Positions 43,001 through 55,781 are shown, numbered from the stretch's first letter. The stretch: 64,000 nucleotides of DNA from the human T2T-CHM13v2.0 reference genome, Homo sapiens (GCF_009914755.1 NC_060925.1), one strand, 5' to 3'. Notes: generated by a model not told the origin, from the sequence alone. Numbers and translations are program-made.

Positions 43001-44960
43001 CAGCTTGAGGGTGCCCTGTGTATTCCACCCATGCCAGAGACCTCTTTATTTTATCCTCCAGCAGTGGGAAACTGGGGAAGGTGTTTAAGCCCATCCTCAG
43101 TTAAATTCAAAGGCAGGATAATCTTACAGTCTGTCTGGAGCCTCCTCCCTGTGTTCAAATTCTTGTAAAAAGAAAGAAACTACCATCTCGTTTTTTAGAA
43201 ATCCAAAGGCTACAGAGAGAAGCCAAGAGTCGGCAGATTAACAATGCCCCAATCAAATTTCATGGTGCATGAGACTCATAAACATTAATGTGTTACTTCA
43301 GCTTGTTCTTGGCATCACTAGACCTCAGGAAAACTACCCAGCAGGCCCATTGTCCTTTGTCCCTGCCTCTTCCTCCTTATTTCACACCCCGGTTTCTTCC
43401 TTCGCTTTGCTGCTGTTTTCCAGCCGATTAACGGGAATTTGCCCTGTTTCATGTCTACAAAGTCAAAAGGAAACCACCCAGTTTACCTGAACTCTGAGCG
43501 CCATTCTCAGTGCAAAGCTCTCTTCCTCCCTCTGCCCCTTATCGTACCGGTGTGCTCATCTGTGAGGTGCCATTCTCAGGGTATATGAGGATGTGCAAAA
43601 GTTTGTATCTGCCTATCCTCCTTCAAGCCTGCTCCCCAGGTAAGTCCAATCTGCCTGCTTGGAGCCCTGTGGGCTGGATAACTCAGGGCGAGAGACACAG
43701 TGGAAGACGTAGCTTGGTTAGCCAAGTGTCCCCATTAGGACTCTTGCTCTTTTTCTGTCTCCAGAGGAAAGGTGGAGCTTTCCTGCCCACAGAACTTAGT
43801 TTCATTTTCCCATTCTTTCTAATGCTGTGTTCCTGCCCTACCCTCCTGGGTAGCACGGGTCTTAGTGTTTCTTCTGGACAGCACTCTGCAGAATGCCTTG
43901 GTTCTCCCAACCAAGGGCTTTGATGCTAATGGGAAGACCACAGGTTGAAACGCTAGAGAGCACACTTCTCCTCTGATGGTGCCATTGCTTAATTATTTTG
44001 CAACCCCTGCCTCAGCCTCTGGCAGGACCCTCTCTGCCATAGCAGGGAGCCACAGCATCTCTGGCACCCACGCTTCCCTGACCACACCCTGGGAGACTCT
44101 GACTCTTCCCACCACTTTCCGTTACAGAGGAAGCAGCGCAGTTTGGAATATGAGACTGGCCCCTACAGTGGCTCTTCAGAGGGACCAGGTGACACAACCT
44201 GAAAGTGAGAGGCAGTTTATGCCCGTAGGGTGAAATTTGACCAAATAGAGAAAAAAAAAAAAGACCCTGAGGGGACTGCCAATAAATTCTACGCCCTCCC
44301 TTCCTCCTGTGGGTGATTCCTAGGCTGAGTGGTTTGGTTTGTCCTGCCAGGGATGTCTCATACCACCAAGCAACAGGCTGTTTTGTCATGAAGCTGTGAC
44401 CAACTCATTAATGAATATTCACTTTCCTTCCTCCCAGCCTGGATTTTCCTTTTCTCTTATTTTTGCAACCCTGCCGTGGCGCCTCCCAAAAAAGCATTAG
44501 CAGGTAAGCTTTTTTGGAGAATCCACTAACCCTTGCCCACTGAACTCAGAATAACACTCTGAACCCATTAATATGGCTGGTTTCTTCCTGGGTTGGTCTA
44601 AGCAGGCTTATAATCACTTTTCCCTGACACCCGCTAAGGCCCCAAAGGAGGTCATTCCTTGTTTCTCCCTTGGAAGGGAATAGAGTCAGATTGGCAGATC
44701 CCTGGAAAACACTTAGGCAGAGGGAGAACCATCACATCACCAACATGATGGGTGGGAGAAATGAAAACAATCTAAGCTTCCAAAAATGAGAATGATACAT
44801 TTTTACAATAAAGCACTAGGTAGACATTTAAAATAATGTTACAAATACATTTATTGACGTGTAATTCATTATGTGTTAATTGAAAAAAGTAAATTTTTAA
44901 AATTAAGCACAGTGTGATCTCACTTATGCAAGAAAGAATATATATATATTTAAAAATTGG

Positions 44961-45307
<347 letters not shown>

Positions 45308-46202
45308 TCAGTGGTGGGAGTATAAGTGCACTCTCTTTTATTCTTTATATATATCAGTATTTTAGAATTTTTCCTCTAAGAATTATATATTAATTGTGAT
45401 TTTTTTATTTAAGAGAGAAAAAAGTATCTAGGCTTGGCACTCACAGATGCACATTCTGCCAGCAATATGCTGTAACATTAGAAGGGAAATTAGATGAAGA
45501 CCCAGAAAGACTCTGGAGGACTAAAGATAAAAGATATGCTTTCACATAGGCTTTTATTTATGAATAAAATAAAATATGAATTTTATTTATTTTATTTTTA
45601 TTTTATTCATAAAATAAAATATGAATAATTAGAATGATATTGTTTAGAATTGTTCCAGTAATATACACTTGTTCAAGCATAAAGGTAATACGTGTGTATA
45701 TATGTATATAAACAAGAGCAATGTTATAGTGTTGTTGTGGTCACTGTCCTTTGTGAGGCAGCTCATAAAATATATGTGTGTATTTCATTATTTTATTATT
45801 CTTAATAATTGAATTGTCCCTAATACAAATACGTTGCTCCTTCAATTTTTTTTGTTATGTTTTTAGTTCTTGAGAATTTTTAAGGATAAACCATTGCCTC
45901 TGCACAGGGTAGGGCAAATGGTGAGCAGTCTATTTATTCAGCATACACCAAGTTCTGTCTATTTTTCAGAACTTAGCTGGGTACTAGAGAATCAGAATGT
46001 AAAGGCACATACAATTCCCTCAGTGAGCTAGTAGGGGACAAGAACCAGTGAACAAACATCCAAGATGGACTACAATGAGTACTCTATGCCCAGGCCTCTA
46101 ATGGGCCCAAGAAGGGCATGCAATCCAGGTGGGGAAACATGTAGTCAGGAAAGGCTTCCCCAGAGTAGGTGACATCTGAGCTGTATGTTGAAGGACAAGT
46201 GG

Positions 46203-46611
46203 TATAGGAAAACAGCCTATTGCACGGCAAGAGTGACGCCATCTTGAAGTGAAATCACCGTGGTGGCTAATATTTGACTCCTCCATAGCAAGGTTTTAAG
46301 CAGCAAGGTCTTTAAACAATGTTATAGTGTAGATAGCCTGAAAAAGATGCTTCCCTAACCTTCCCAATAGTCACAAGTTTCACAAGAAAATCTGAAACAT
46401 GACCAACTGCACATGTTTTACTCTAAAATCTTGCTACAAGTGTAGGAATCCACCGTCTCATGGCCACCAGAGACCTTGCTTCTGTTCCTAAGTCCCTAAA
46501 AAAATTTTTTTTTTTTCTGAGAAACTGGATTTGTCAACCTCTTTCTTTGGCCTGTTAGCTCCCTTGGCTTTCGGAGTTAGGTTTGCATAGACCTGTTCAC
46601 CACATGGAATA
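46203..46611 (+). mobile_element. ERVL-type solo LTR (LTR47-like) inserted in L2
   Basis: Starts tataggaaaacagcctattgcacggcaagagtgacgccatcttgaag and ends ggaata; imperfect 5-bp TSD agtgg/agtga. Confidence 0.6.
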
Positions 46612-46712
46612 AGTGAGAATTAGCCAAAGAAAGGGAGAAGGGTATTCTAAGAAGAGGCTAGCACATGTGGAAGGGAGCACGTCCAGGGATGGGAACAGTT
46701 AGAAATGTTGAT

Positions 46713-46890
46713 CAGTGCTGTCCAGAACTATCTACGAAAGTCCTATATCTATGATGTCCAAATGGTAGCTACTAGTCACATGTGGCTGTTGAGCAAGTGA
46801 GGAAGTGAAATTTTAATTATTTTATTTTTAAAATTTAAATGGAAATAGCCACATGTAGCCAGTGGCTACTGTCTTGAACAGTGTGGCTCT
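46713..46890. mobile_element. MER3 (hAT-Charlie)
   Basis: gtagctactagtcacatgtggctgttgagc...atagccacatgtagccagtggctac. Confidence 0.7.
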
Positions 46891-47127
46891 ACCTAGTTTT
46901 TTCATTTGAAATAGGTTTTGTTTTCATTTGAAAAGTGAAAAAGAGTCAGTACAAAATTTCAAAACAGAGTAATTACATGAGTAGATTAGGAGGAAAGATT
47001 ACTTGCAAATTTGAAAGCAGAGTAATTTGGACAGTTTTTAAGATGCATTCACTTTCCATGACCTTCTTAGGAAGATTTTTTTTAAAAAAATGAAGCATAT
47101 ATAAAACAAACTGCCATAAAATTTTGG

Positions 47128-48126
47128 AGCAAAAATGGACAAATAGGACCTAATTAAACTAAAGAGCTTCTGCACAGCAAGATAAACTATCAAGGAAGTA
47201 AAAAGACAACCTAAAGAATGGGGGAAAATATTCACAAACTATGCATCCAACAAAGGTCTAATATCCAGAATCAAGAATGAACTAAAACATATCAACAAGC
47301 AAAACACATATAACCCCATTAAATAGTGGGCAAAGGGTATGAACAGATACTTCTCAAAAGAAGACATAAAAGTAGCCAACAAACATGAACAAATGTTCAT
47401 CATAACTAATCATCAGAGAAATGCAAAGCAAAAGCACTGTGAGATGCCATCTCACACCAGTAGAATGGCTTTTGTTAAAAGTTAAAGGATAGATATTGGC
47501 AAGGCTGTGGAGAAAAGGGAACACTTACACACTGTTGGTGGGAATGTAAATTAGTTCAGCCACTGTGGAGAGCAGTTTGGAGATTTCCCAGAGAACTGAG
47601 AGTTGAATTACCATTTGACCCAGCAATCTGTCTTCTGGGTATACACCCAAAGGAAGATAAATCATTCTACCAAAAAGACACATGCACACATGTGTTTATC
47701 ACAGTACTTTTCACAATAGCAAAGATGTAGACTCAAACCAGATGCCCATCAACTCTGGACTGGATAAAGAAAATGGAGTACGTATGCACCATAAATAAAT
47801 GAAATCATGTCCTTTGCAGCAACATGGATGGAACTGGAAACCATTATCCTAAGCAAACTAACACAGAATCAGAAAACCAAATACTGCATGTTCTCACTTA
47901 TAGGTGGTGGCTAAACATTGGAAACACATGGTCATAAAAATGGGAACAATAAACACTGGGAAATACAGGAAGTGGGTGGGGGTAAGTGTTGAAAAAAACA
48001 CCTATTGGGTGCCATGCTCACTATCTGAGTGATGTATGTATTCGTATTCCAAACCTCAGCACACACAGTATAGCTTTGTAACAAACCTGCACATGTACTC
48101 CGATTCTAAAACAAAGATTGAAAAAA
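47128..48126 (+). mobile_element. L1PA15/16-like 3' ~1 kb
   Basis: Degenerate ORF2 end (ctaattaaactaaagagcttctgcacagcaa) and 3'UTR ending aacaaacctgcacatgtac...aaaa. Confidence 0.82.
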
Positions 48127-48199
48127 ATTATTTTTAGAAATGATCTGACAGTGGAAACTACCAAACAATTAGCTCACCTGCAAACTGAAAGGTAACAGA

Positions 48200-48985
48200 T
48201 AACCATCCCAGTAGGAAACCAAGAAGACAGAATTGGGGAACCATTCCCTAGGGCCTGCATACAAATGGCCAGTTACACATACGAAGCAGGATTCAACCTC
48301 AATAGGATTCTAGGAAATTTCAGTAAAAATGAGATTCTCATTTTCAGTTGTCAAATTGGTAAACTTTCACTTTGAAGACTGAATGTTGTTGAGAATGTAG
48401 ATAAAGAGTTACTCCCTTTAAAACTCTTTAGGAGAATAAATTGGTGCATCCTTTCTGGAGGCCAGTTTGGCAAGATTATAGCAAAAGACTTGAAAATGTT
48501 TAAGCTTTGTCAGCCAGCTATTCCATGTCTGGGAACTCGCCATTAGGAAGTAATTAGAGATTCTTGAGAAGATTTACACATAAGGCTGTTCCATGTCTGT
48601 GTTACATACAACAGTGGGAAAAATGACAACAAATTATTTGTGGTTCCCAACAGGGGATTTCTTAAATAAATTATGATACATCTACACAACTGAACGCTAC
48701 ATAACCATTAAATATGTTGTATATGAATACCTAACTGCATGGGGAAAATGTGTGTGATATATTGTTTAGTAGAAAAGTATCAAAACCCTATTAGAATATA
48801 AGATTTTAGTTGTGTATATTTTTAATCATATGAATAGAAAAAATACTTGAGGGATATTCACCAAAATGTTAATGCCGTTTATAACCTAGTGGTGTGATTA
48901 CAGGTGATTTTTATTTTCTTCTTTGTGTTTCTCTGTATTTTTAAATTTTCTACAATGAAAATCTATGACATTTAAAATAGAAAAG
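48200..48985 (+). mobile_element. ancient L1ME 3' fragment (donor of the local duplication)
   Basis: aaattggtgcatcctttctggaggccagtttggcaa, taaataaattatgatacatc, caccaaaatgttaa, ttttctacaatgaa. Confidence 0.65.
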
Positions 48986-49704
48986 CATTTTTTTAAATTA
49001 AGGTTGTCGATTATGTTGGTAGTGTTAAATTGTAACAGAAGTAATGGAAAGTATGCAACTGCCACCTGCAGAAGTGCCACACTAGATAAAATGATTAAAG
49101 TAGCAGCAGGCATCGGCTAGTCTAGACTTGCAGGCAGTAGAGCTTTTAAAGAGGCTAAGTGCCTTTGGAGTCCTTTCCAGAAATTCCTCCCTGCTTTTTA
49201 GTAGCAGAAAAAGTGCTTTAATTAATCAAGATAAAATGTTTTCAGCAAGAGATCATTATGTATATGAAGTTCATCTTGCAGCCAAAGATGCGGATGGCTT
49301 GTAAAAATAGAGGGAATTTTCCGCTTGTTAGGTTCTTGCTAATATTTTAACCCAGAAAAGTTTCCCAGTACCTGGAAAAGGAGAGAGGAGAGTAGCAAGG
49401 AAAGATTTAACCAGACTCAACAACCAGAAACCTCAGCTAATCTGAAATTCTTCTGCCTTTGACTTTCAGAAGAAAATGGAAGATCTCAAGAAAGCAACTC
49501 TGAATTGAGATTTGCCCATAACCAATTTTCAGGCTATTTCTCAGGACTTTACCAACTCAGACTAGTCTCCAGATTTTCTATGTCAATATACTCATCCTAT
49601 CCAATGAAAATAATTTCTAACAGTAAATGTGAGATTCCAGGAGAATTTTCAGAATCAATGAAAATAGATTAAATCATGTTCTACACACTCTACTTACCAT
49701 GCAG

Positions 49705-49790
49705 AAGGAAGAGAGGGAGGGAGAAAGAAACGATAGAGAGGAAGGAGGGGAAGGGAGGAGGAGGGAAGAAAGAAAGAAAAAAGAAAAGAG
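49705..49790. repeat. GA-rich low-complexity tract
   Basis: Near-pure purine run. Confidence 0.8.
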
Positions 49791-50969
49791 AATGACTATG
49801 TAGACTGGGCCCTACCCAAAAACTCGCAAGACTGTGTCAGAAATCTGGCTTCCAAGTGTGAGGTACACCCTATGCAGTCTGGCCAGATGCCTAGCATCAC
49901 ACTTTGGTAATTTCCTTGGAAAATGAGAGTCCTGCTATCTCACAGCCTCCCTCCTCCTCCAGAGAGAAGGAAAGGGCCTTTTCCTTCACAAACTGGTTTG
50001 GAGGCTCATGGTCATTGAATGGCATTCCCATTCCTCATGCCCATCAGTCGTTGCACCTACCTTAGTTTCACTGCCAATGTTGCTTCTGAATCTCCCTGGA
50101 TGCTCTTCCAGGAGTAGCTGATGAACTATGTAGACAATTCTGCTTGGACATTTCCCTTCCTGTTGCCTTTAGTTACAGAAATTTTTGTGCTTTGGCATTT
50201 GGAAACTTAATTAATGACTTTCCCTCCTTCTCCTGGTTCTAACAGATAATGTCTTCTATTTCTAAAACGACTTGGGTGGGTAATGGGGTTTGGGCTTAGA
50301 AGCAGCAACAGAGGACAGTTGATGGACATATGATGGCAACTATGGGTCTCAGAGGATGATTATTCTGTCGGAGTTACTATTATGTGACCAAGGCTGTGTG
50401 GAACAGGACTGGATTATATGTGGGTCTCAATAGATAGGGAAAAACAAGGACAGCAGAAAAGAACTGTGAAGAAACATATTTGCTTATATTATTTCAAAGT
50501 GGATTGTAAATATTTGAGATTGGTAGATGCTGTAGGCAGAGGCAGCATAAAATGAATGAAAAATCTCACATGTCTGAGAGGTCACACTGCAAGTCTAACC
50601 CTGCCTCAGTTGGCAGCAGGGTTCATCCAGAGGCCATTAGATTTCTCGCTCCTGTGAACACCTGGAACCCAGTTTCCTGCCCCTTCCCCCACTTGATGTG
50701 TGTGTGCATGCACACACAAACACACAGACACACACACCCAGCATGTGGCAATACAAGTCAACAGCAACAGCTCCTGCTCCAGGAATGACATTCACCTGCT
50801 GTGTCTAGGTCTCCAGTGCAATGGTCTCTGACTCCTGGATTCTGAACCATGTGTACCCAGAGCCTTGGTGCCTGCCTGAAGGAGTCTCAGCTGATCTGAG
50901 ATTCCGTCCTGTACATTCCAGGATTTTGATGCCAATTGGGTTTGTTCCTTGAAGCTTAACTTCTATTTA

Positions 50970-51418
50970 CAAAAGACTTGAAAATATTTAAGCTCTGTCA
51001 GCCAACTATTCCATTTCTGGGAATTTGCCATTAGGAAGTAATTAGGGATTCTTGAGATTTATGCATAAAGCTGTTCATGTCTGTGTTACATACAACAGTG
51101 AGAAAAATGACAACAAATTAATTGTAGTTCCCAACAGGGGATTTCTTAAATAAATTATGATACATCTACATAACTGAACACTACGTAGCCACTAAATATC
51201 ATATTGTATGTGAATACTTAACTGCATGGGGTAAATGTGTGTGATATATTTTTTAGTAGAAAAATATCAAGCCCCTATTAGAATATAAGATTTTAGTTGT
51301 ATATTTGTTTAAATGATATGAATAGAAAAAATACTTGAGGTATATTCACCAAAATGTTAATGCTGTTTATTACCTAGTAGTGTGATTATAGGTGATCTTT
51401 ATTTTCTTCTTTATGTTT
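50970..51418 (+). repeat. direct copy of 48482-48930
   Basis: Colinear over ~450 bp, roughly 90% identical by eye. Confidence 0.95.
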
Positions 51419-51859
51419 ATTTTCTTCTCATGCTGTGCTGTATACTGCACCAGTTACTGTCTGTATGTTGGTATATTCAGCACCTATGGTAACTACAGTT
51501 CATATCTTAACCAGATGGCAGAAACATACCTTAACAGACATGTTACTTCAGTATTTCACTCATATGAAAACACATGTCTCCTGAAACCTAAGTGATCTCT
51601 CCAGTTGACTATGGTGGTCTTCCCCAGACATTGAGGACCTCACCCTTTACAAACTATAGCCCAGATGGACTAAGAAGGTTCTGCCTTTCCTACATTTCTA
51701 ACCTAGGCTCTATTTCCATTCGTTCTGAATTTAGCTTCTCTCTGGTGTGATTTACCTTCACCTTTGCCAAAAAGCAGTATGTATAACTTTGTACTGTAAA
51801 AAATACTCAGAGAAAACTATTAGTAATCAAATTCCTGTTGGACATAAATCGTAACTAGT

Positions 51860-52090
51860 GAGGCAGAGTAACCAGGTGGAATATCACAGACCTTGGAATG
51901 AATGAGAACTGTTTTCCAACCCAGGCTTGTGAGCTGTGAGATTGTGAACATGTTTCCTAACCTCTGTGAGCCTCTGTTTCCTCATTTATGAAACAGAAAT
52001 AATAATACATGCCTCACAGGGTTGTTAAGAGGGTCAAGTGACATAGTGCATGTCAGGCTGTTAGCAGTAACAGGTGACAAGGCTTCTAAC
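51860..52090 (+). mobile_element. MIR
   Basis: cctaacctctgtgagcctctgtttcctcatttatgaaacagaaataata. Confidence 0.72.
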
Positions 52091-52421
52091 TATTGAATTC
52101 TGTTTCCCTCTCCCCTATTTCTAACTTATCTGTGGCTGTAAATAGACACTTTGAGGGATTTAAATGTACAGTGTATATGTTCCATGAAACCCAGAACTTA
52201 TCTGTATCCCCAAGGAATATTACTTAGCACATAGTTGAGGTTCAATAAATATTTGTTTAATGAATGAATGAACCATTGGTCTCTGCCTTTGCCTAGGGAA
52301 ATGGCCAGTATCTGCTCTTTGATGGATTACTTAGTCTAAGAGGGCACTTCACCTTAAGCAAGTTCTCAGCTAGACTGCTGCCTGACGGACCATCCTGCCT
52401 CTGCACAGCACCCTCTTAGTA

Positions 52422-53652
52422 TAGTCATGTGTTGCTGAGTGACAGGAATACCTTCTGAAAAATACAACGTTAGGTGATTTCATCATTATGGGAACATCAC
52501 AAACCTACTTACACAAACCTAGGTGGTATGGTCTGCTATACACCTAGACTATGTGGAATAGCCTATCGCTCCAAGGTACAAACCTATACAGCATGTCACT
52601 CTACTGAATGCTGTAGGCAATTGTACACAATGGTAAGTATTTGTGTATCTAAAAACAGAAAAAAGGTACAGTAAAATATATTATAAAAGATTAAAAAGCA
52701 TACATTTGTATAAGGCACTTACCATGAATGAACCTTATAGGACTGGAAGCTGCTCTGGGTGAGTCAGGGAGTGAGTGGTGAATGAATGTGAAGGCCTAGG
52801 ACATTACTGTACACTACCATAGACTTTATAAACACTGCACACTTAGGCTACACTCAATTTATAAACAAATATTTTTTATTCCTTCAATAATAAATTAGCC
52901 TTAGTTTACCGTAACTTTTTAACTTTAAACGTTTTTTAATTTTTTTAACATTTTGTCTCTTTTATAATAACACTTAAAGTACAAATATATTGTACAACTG
53001 TACAAAAATATTTATATCTTTGTTCTTTAAAACCTTTTTCTATTTTTTTTTCTTTTTAAACTAAAACACAAACACACACATTAGCCTAGGCCTCCCCACA
53101 ATCAGGATCATCAATATCACTGTCTTCCATCTCCACATCTTGTCCCACTGGAAGGTCTTCAGGGGCAGTAACACACATGGAGCTGTCATCTCCTATGAGA
53201 ACAATGCCTTCTTCTAGAATACCTCCCGAAGGACCTTCCTGAGGCTGCTTTACAGTTAACCTTTTTTAATAAGTAGAAGGAGTATACTCTAAAATAACAA
53301 CATATAGAATAGTAAACACATAAACCAGTAGCATAGTCATTTATTATCAAGTATTATGTACTGTACATAATTGTACGTGCTATGCTTTTATATGACTAGC
53401 AACAGGTTTGTTTACACCAGCATCACCACAAACACGTGAGTAATGTGTTGCACTACAATGCTGCACTACATTGTTACAACAGCTACAGCATCACTAGGCA
53501 GTAGTGACGGCATGGCTCCACAGTACTTTCGGGGCTGCGAGCCGTGAGGCTGAGGGCAGTAGGAATTTTTCAGCTCCATTATAATCTTATGGGACCACTG
53601 TCATATATGTGATCTGCCGCTGACTGAAACATCGTTATGTGGTGTGTGACTG
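52422..53652 (-). mobile_element. Tigger3b-like non-autonomous TcMar-Tigger element
   Basis: TIRs tagtcatgtgttgc...gtggtgtgtgactg with TA on both sides (52420-52421, 53653-53654); internal aggaatttttcagctccattataatcttatgggacc; ~1.23 kb. Confidence 0.85.
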
Positions 53653-53818
53653 TACAAGAAGACAGGCCAGTTCTGCGCAGTTCTCTTAGCCAGTTCCCTG
53701 GCAGAGTGTCTCAGACAGGTAAAGTGAAGTTAGGGAGTGGGTGGGGCCCTCTCTGCTCTGCCTCCAGCCCCAGATTTCTTTCTGAAGGCCAGAAGAGCCC
53801 TGACTGTCCCAGTGACCT

Positions 53819-54061
53819 CAGGACCAATTCGTCCATTAGGAGCAATAGGCACAGAGGGCTTTTAGAGGCCCACAAAAATGTTTTAATTTTAATTTCTTTT
53901 CAAATCAGAAGAAAAACAAATTGCTTATATAATAATAAATCTGGCCTGTATTATATTAATTTTTATACCAACAGTCGTAAAATTTTTTAAAAATTTAATG
54001 GAGGAAAAGGCTCATGAAGGCAAAAGCCATCAGGGCTCATGAAAGCCATAGTGCAGCCCTC
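53819..54061. mobile_element. ORSL-like hAT-Tip100 element
   Basis: caggaccaattcgtccattagg...ggcccacaaaaatgttttaattttaatttc...catgaaagccatagtgcagccct. Confidence 0.5.
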
Positions 54062-55119
54062 GCTGACCTGAGCAATACAGCAAAACCAGCCAAGCACTGA
54101 ACTGCCCTGGGAGGGGCTGCTCCCAGGCTCTGCCTGGTCAGGGCAACCCTCGGTTTAGAGGCAGAAGGCCATCCAAACTACCTCAACCTCTTAAATAAGG
54201 TGTACTGGGCACCGTATACCTCCTCCCCTCACTTAATGATACAAAATAAGGGAAACAGCATGATCTCACTCATTCGTCTCCCAAATAACACAAACCCAGG
54301 TGTGACCTCATCCCCTGACTCTCAAGTAAGGAAAGCTCATCAATGATCTCAACTTTTTCCTCAAAAAGCAAGCTCACCCACGGCCTCCCCCTAGTCCAGG
54401 CAAGATCAAGCCTGATGTCACCCCCCACCTCCCAATCCCTCCACCCATATCTGGCTGGGTTCCTCCTCCCCCTCCCCACAGCCTAAGTCTCCCCATCCCA
54501 CCCTCCAGCAGATGACACACTCCTACCCCACTGCTTCTCAGAAGCGGCTCTGTCTGAAAGTGTGGGTGTCTGGCTGGACGCTGCTTCCTCTCAGCCCCAG
54601 GGCCAGGCAGCCTTCTAGAGACAGTATGGACACAGCACCTAGGCAGTGACTCAGCCGTGGCAGCAGACAAAAATTTATTCAAGGCTCAACACTAAAAGGG
54701 GAGTTTTTAGGCAAGTCTGAAGAAGAGACTGAGCCAACTCAGGATGAGAAACTAAAAAGCAAAAGGGGAAATCCAGGGCTGAGAAATTCCTAGAAAAGAA
54801 TTTATAACTTTGGCTGGGAGAAGGTTCTCTGAGTTGACAGGACGAGGCAGGAACAGCCCTCAGCCACACAGCTTGCAGCCCCGAGTACTGTGGAGCCATG
54901 ACATCTGTTTGCCCATTTGCCCTGCTCACCGTTGTACATCCTCTGCAGGTACTGTGCATCTGCAAGGAGAGAATGGCAGGCCCCTGACAGCCTGGGCAGC
55001 CCAGGTAGGCAATGGGGGACTCAGGACCCAAAGAGCAATACCAACGGAATCTGTAGCCCGGATTTGATCTGTGAGAAAGGGGCAGGACAGGGAAAAAGTT
55101 AACCTTGTAAATAAGTCTG

Positions 55120-55252
55120 TTCTGGCAATATGTCATTAGTTGGGGAGATTGTATGGTGTGAGGGTAGGGGGTTTGTGGGAACACTCTGTACTTCCTGTTC
55201 AATGTTGTTGTGCACCTAAAACTGCTAAAACAAAAACAAAGTCTAATTAAAA
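55120..55252 (+). mobile_element. L1MC/MD 3' tip
   Basis: gggaacactctgtacttcctgttcaat...cctaaaactgct. Confidence 0.6.
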
Positions 55253-55664
55253 ATTGGCTGAGAAAACTACAACATAAAGCTGTTCTGTGGCCACAGAGCC
55301 CTGCCTAGCATCAGAAGTGGTTTGTTCTAGGTCAAGAGGAAGACTAGATACGCAGGACCCACCAACCAAGGCATTGTGATTGTAGGAGTCCCAAGAGATG
55401 AAAGCTCTCCTCTTCTCTCAGACCTTCAGCACAACTTTTGGTGTTAAAATTCCTTAACCGTGTACAAATTGCTTTGCATTCTACTGCTAAAGAACAAGTG
55501 CCATGCAAATACTTAGGGAAGAGATAGACTCTAACATATGAATAGCTGAAAACAGATCTTTTCCTAAGAAAAAGATTTCATATTCTAAGCTTCAGTTTCC
55601 TAATCTGTGAAATGATAACAATATAATCTGTCTGATGCAATGTCCTCTGGATCAGTTTGTGTTT

Positions 55665-55781
55665 GTTGTTTTAAATACAGATAGGCTCTCGCTATGTCTC
55701 AAATTCCTGAACCCAAGCGATCCTCTAGCCTACACCTCTCAAAGTGCTGGGATTATAGGCATGAGCCGCTGCACCTGGCCC
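55665..55781 (-). mobile_element. FLAM / Alu monomer
   Basis: caagcgatcct...caaagtgctgggattataggcatgagccgctgcacctggcc. Confidence 0.8.

Noticed and set aside
46899-47030. Short repeats ttttcatttgaaa x2 and cagagtaatt x2
   Set aside because: Too short and AT-rich to distinguish from chance or simple slippage.
54675-55202. 175-aa minus-strand ORF (and the 137/125-aa ORFs at 43510 and 44012)
   Set aside because: No domain similarity or coding-like composition; partly overlaps L1 remnants; expected by chance in GC-richer DNA.
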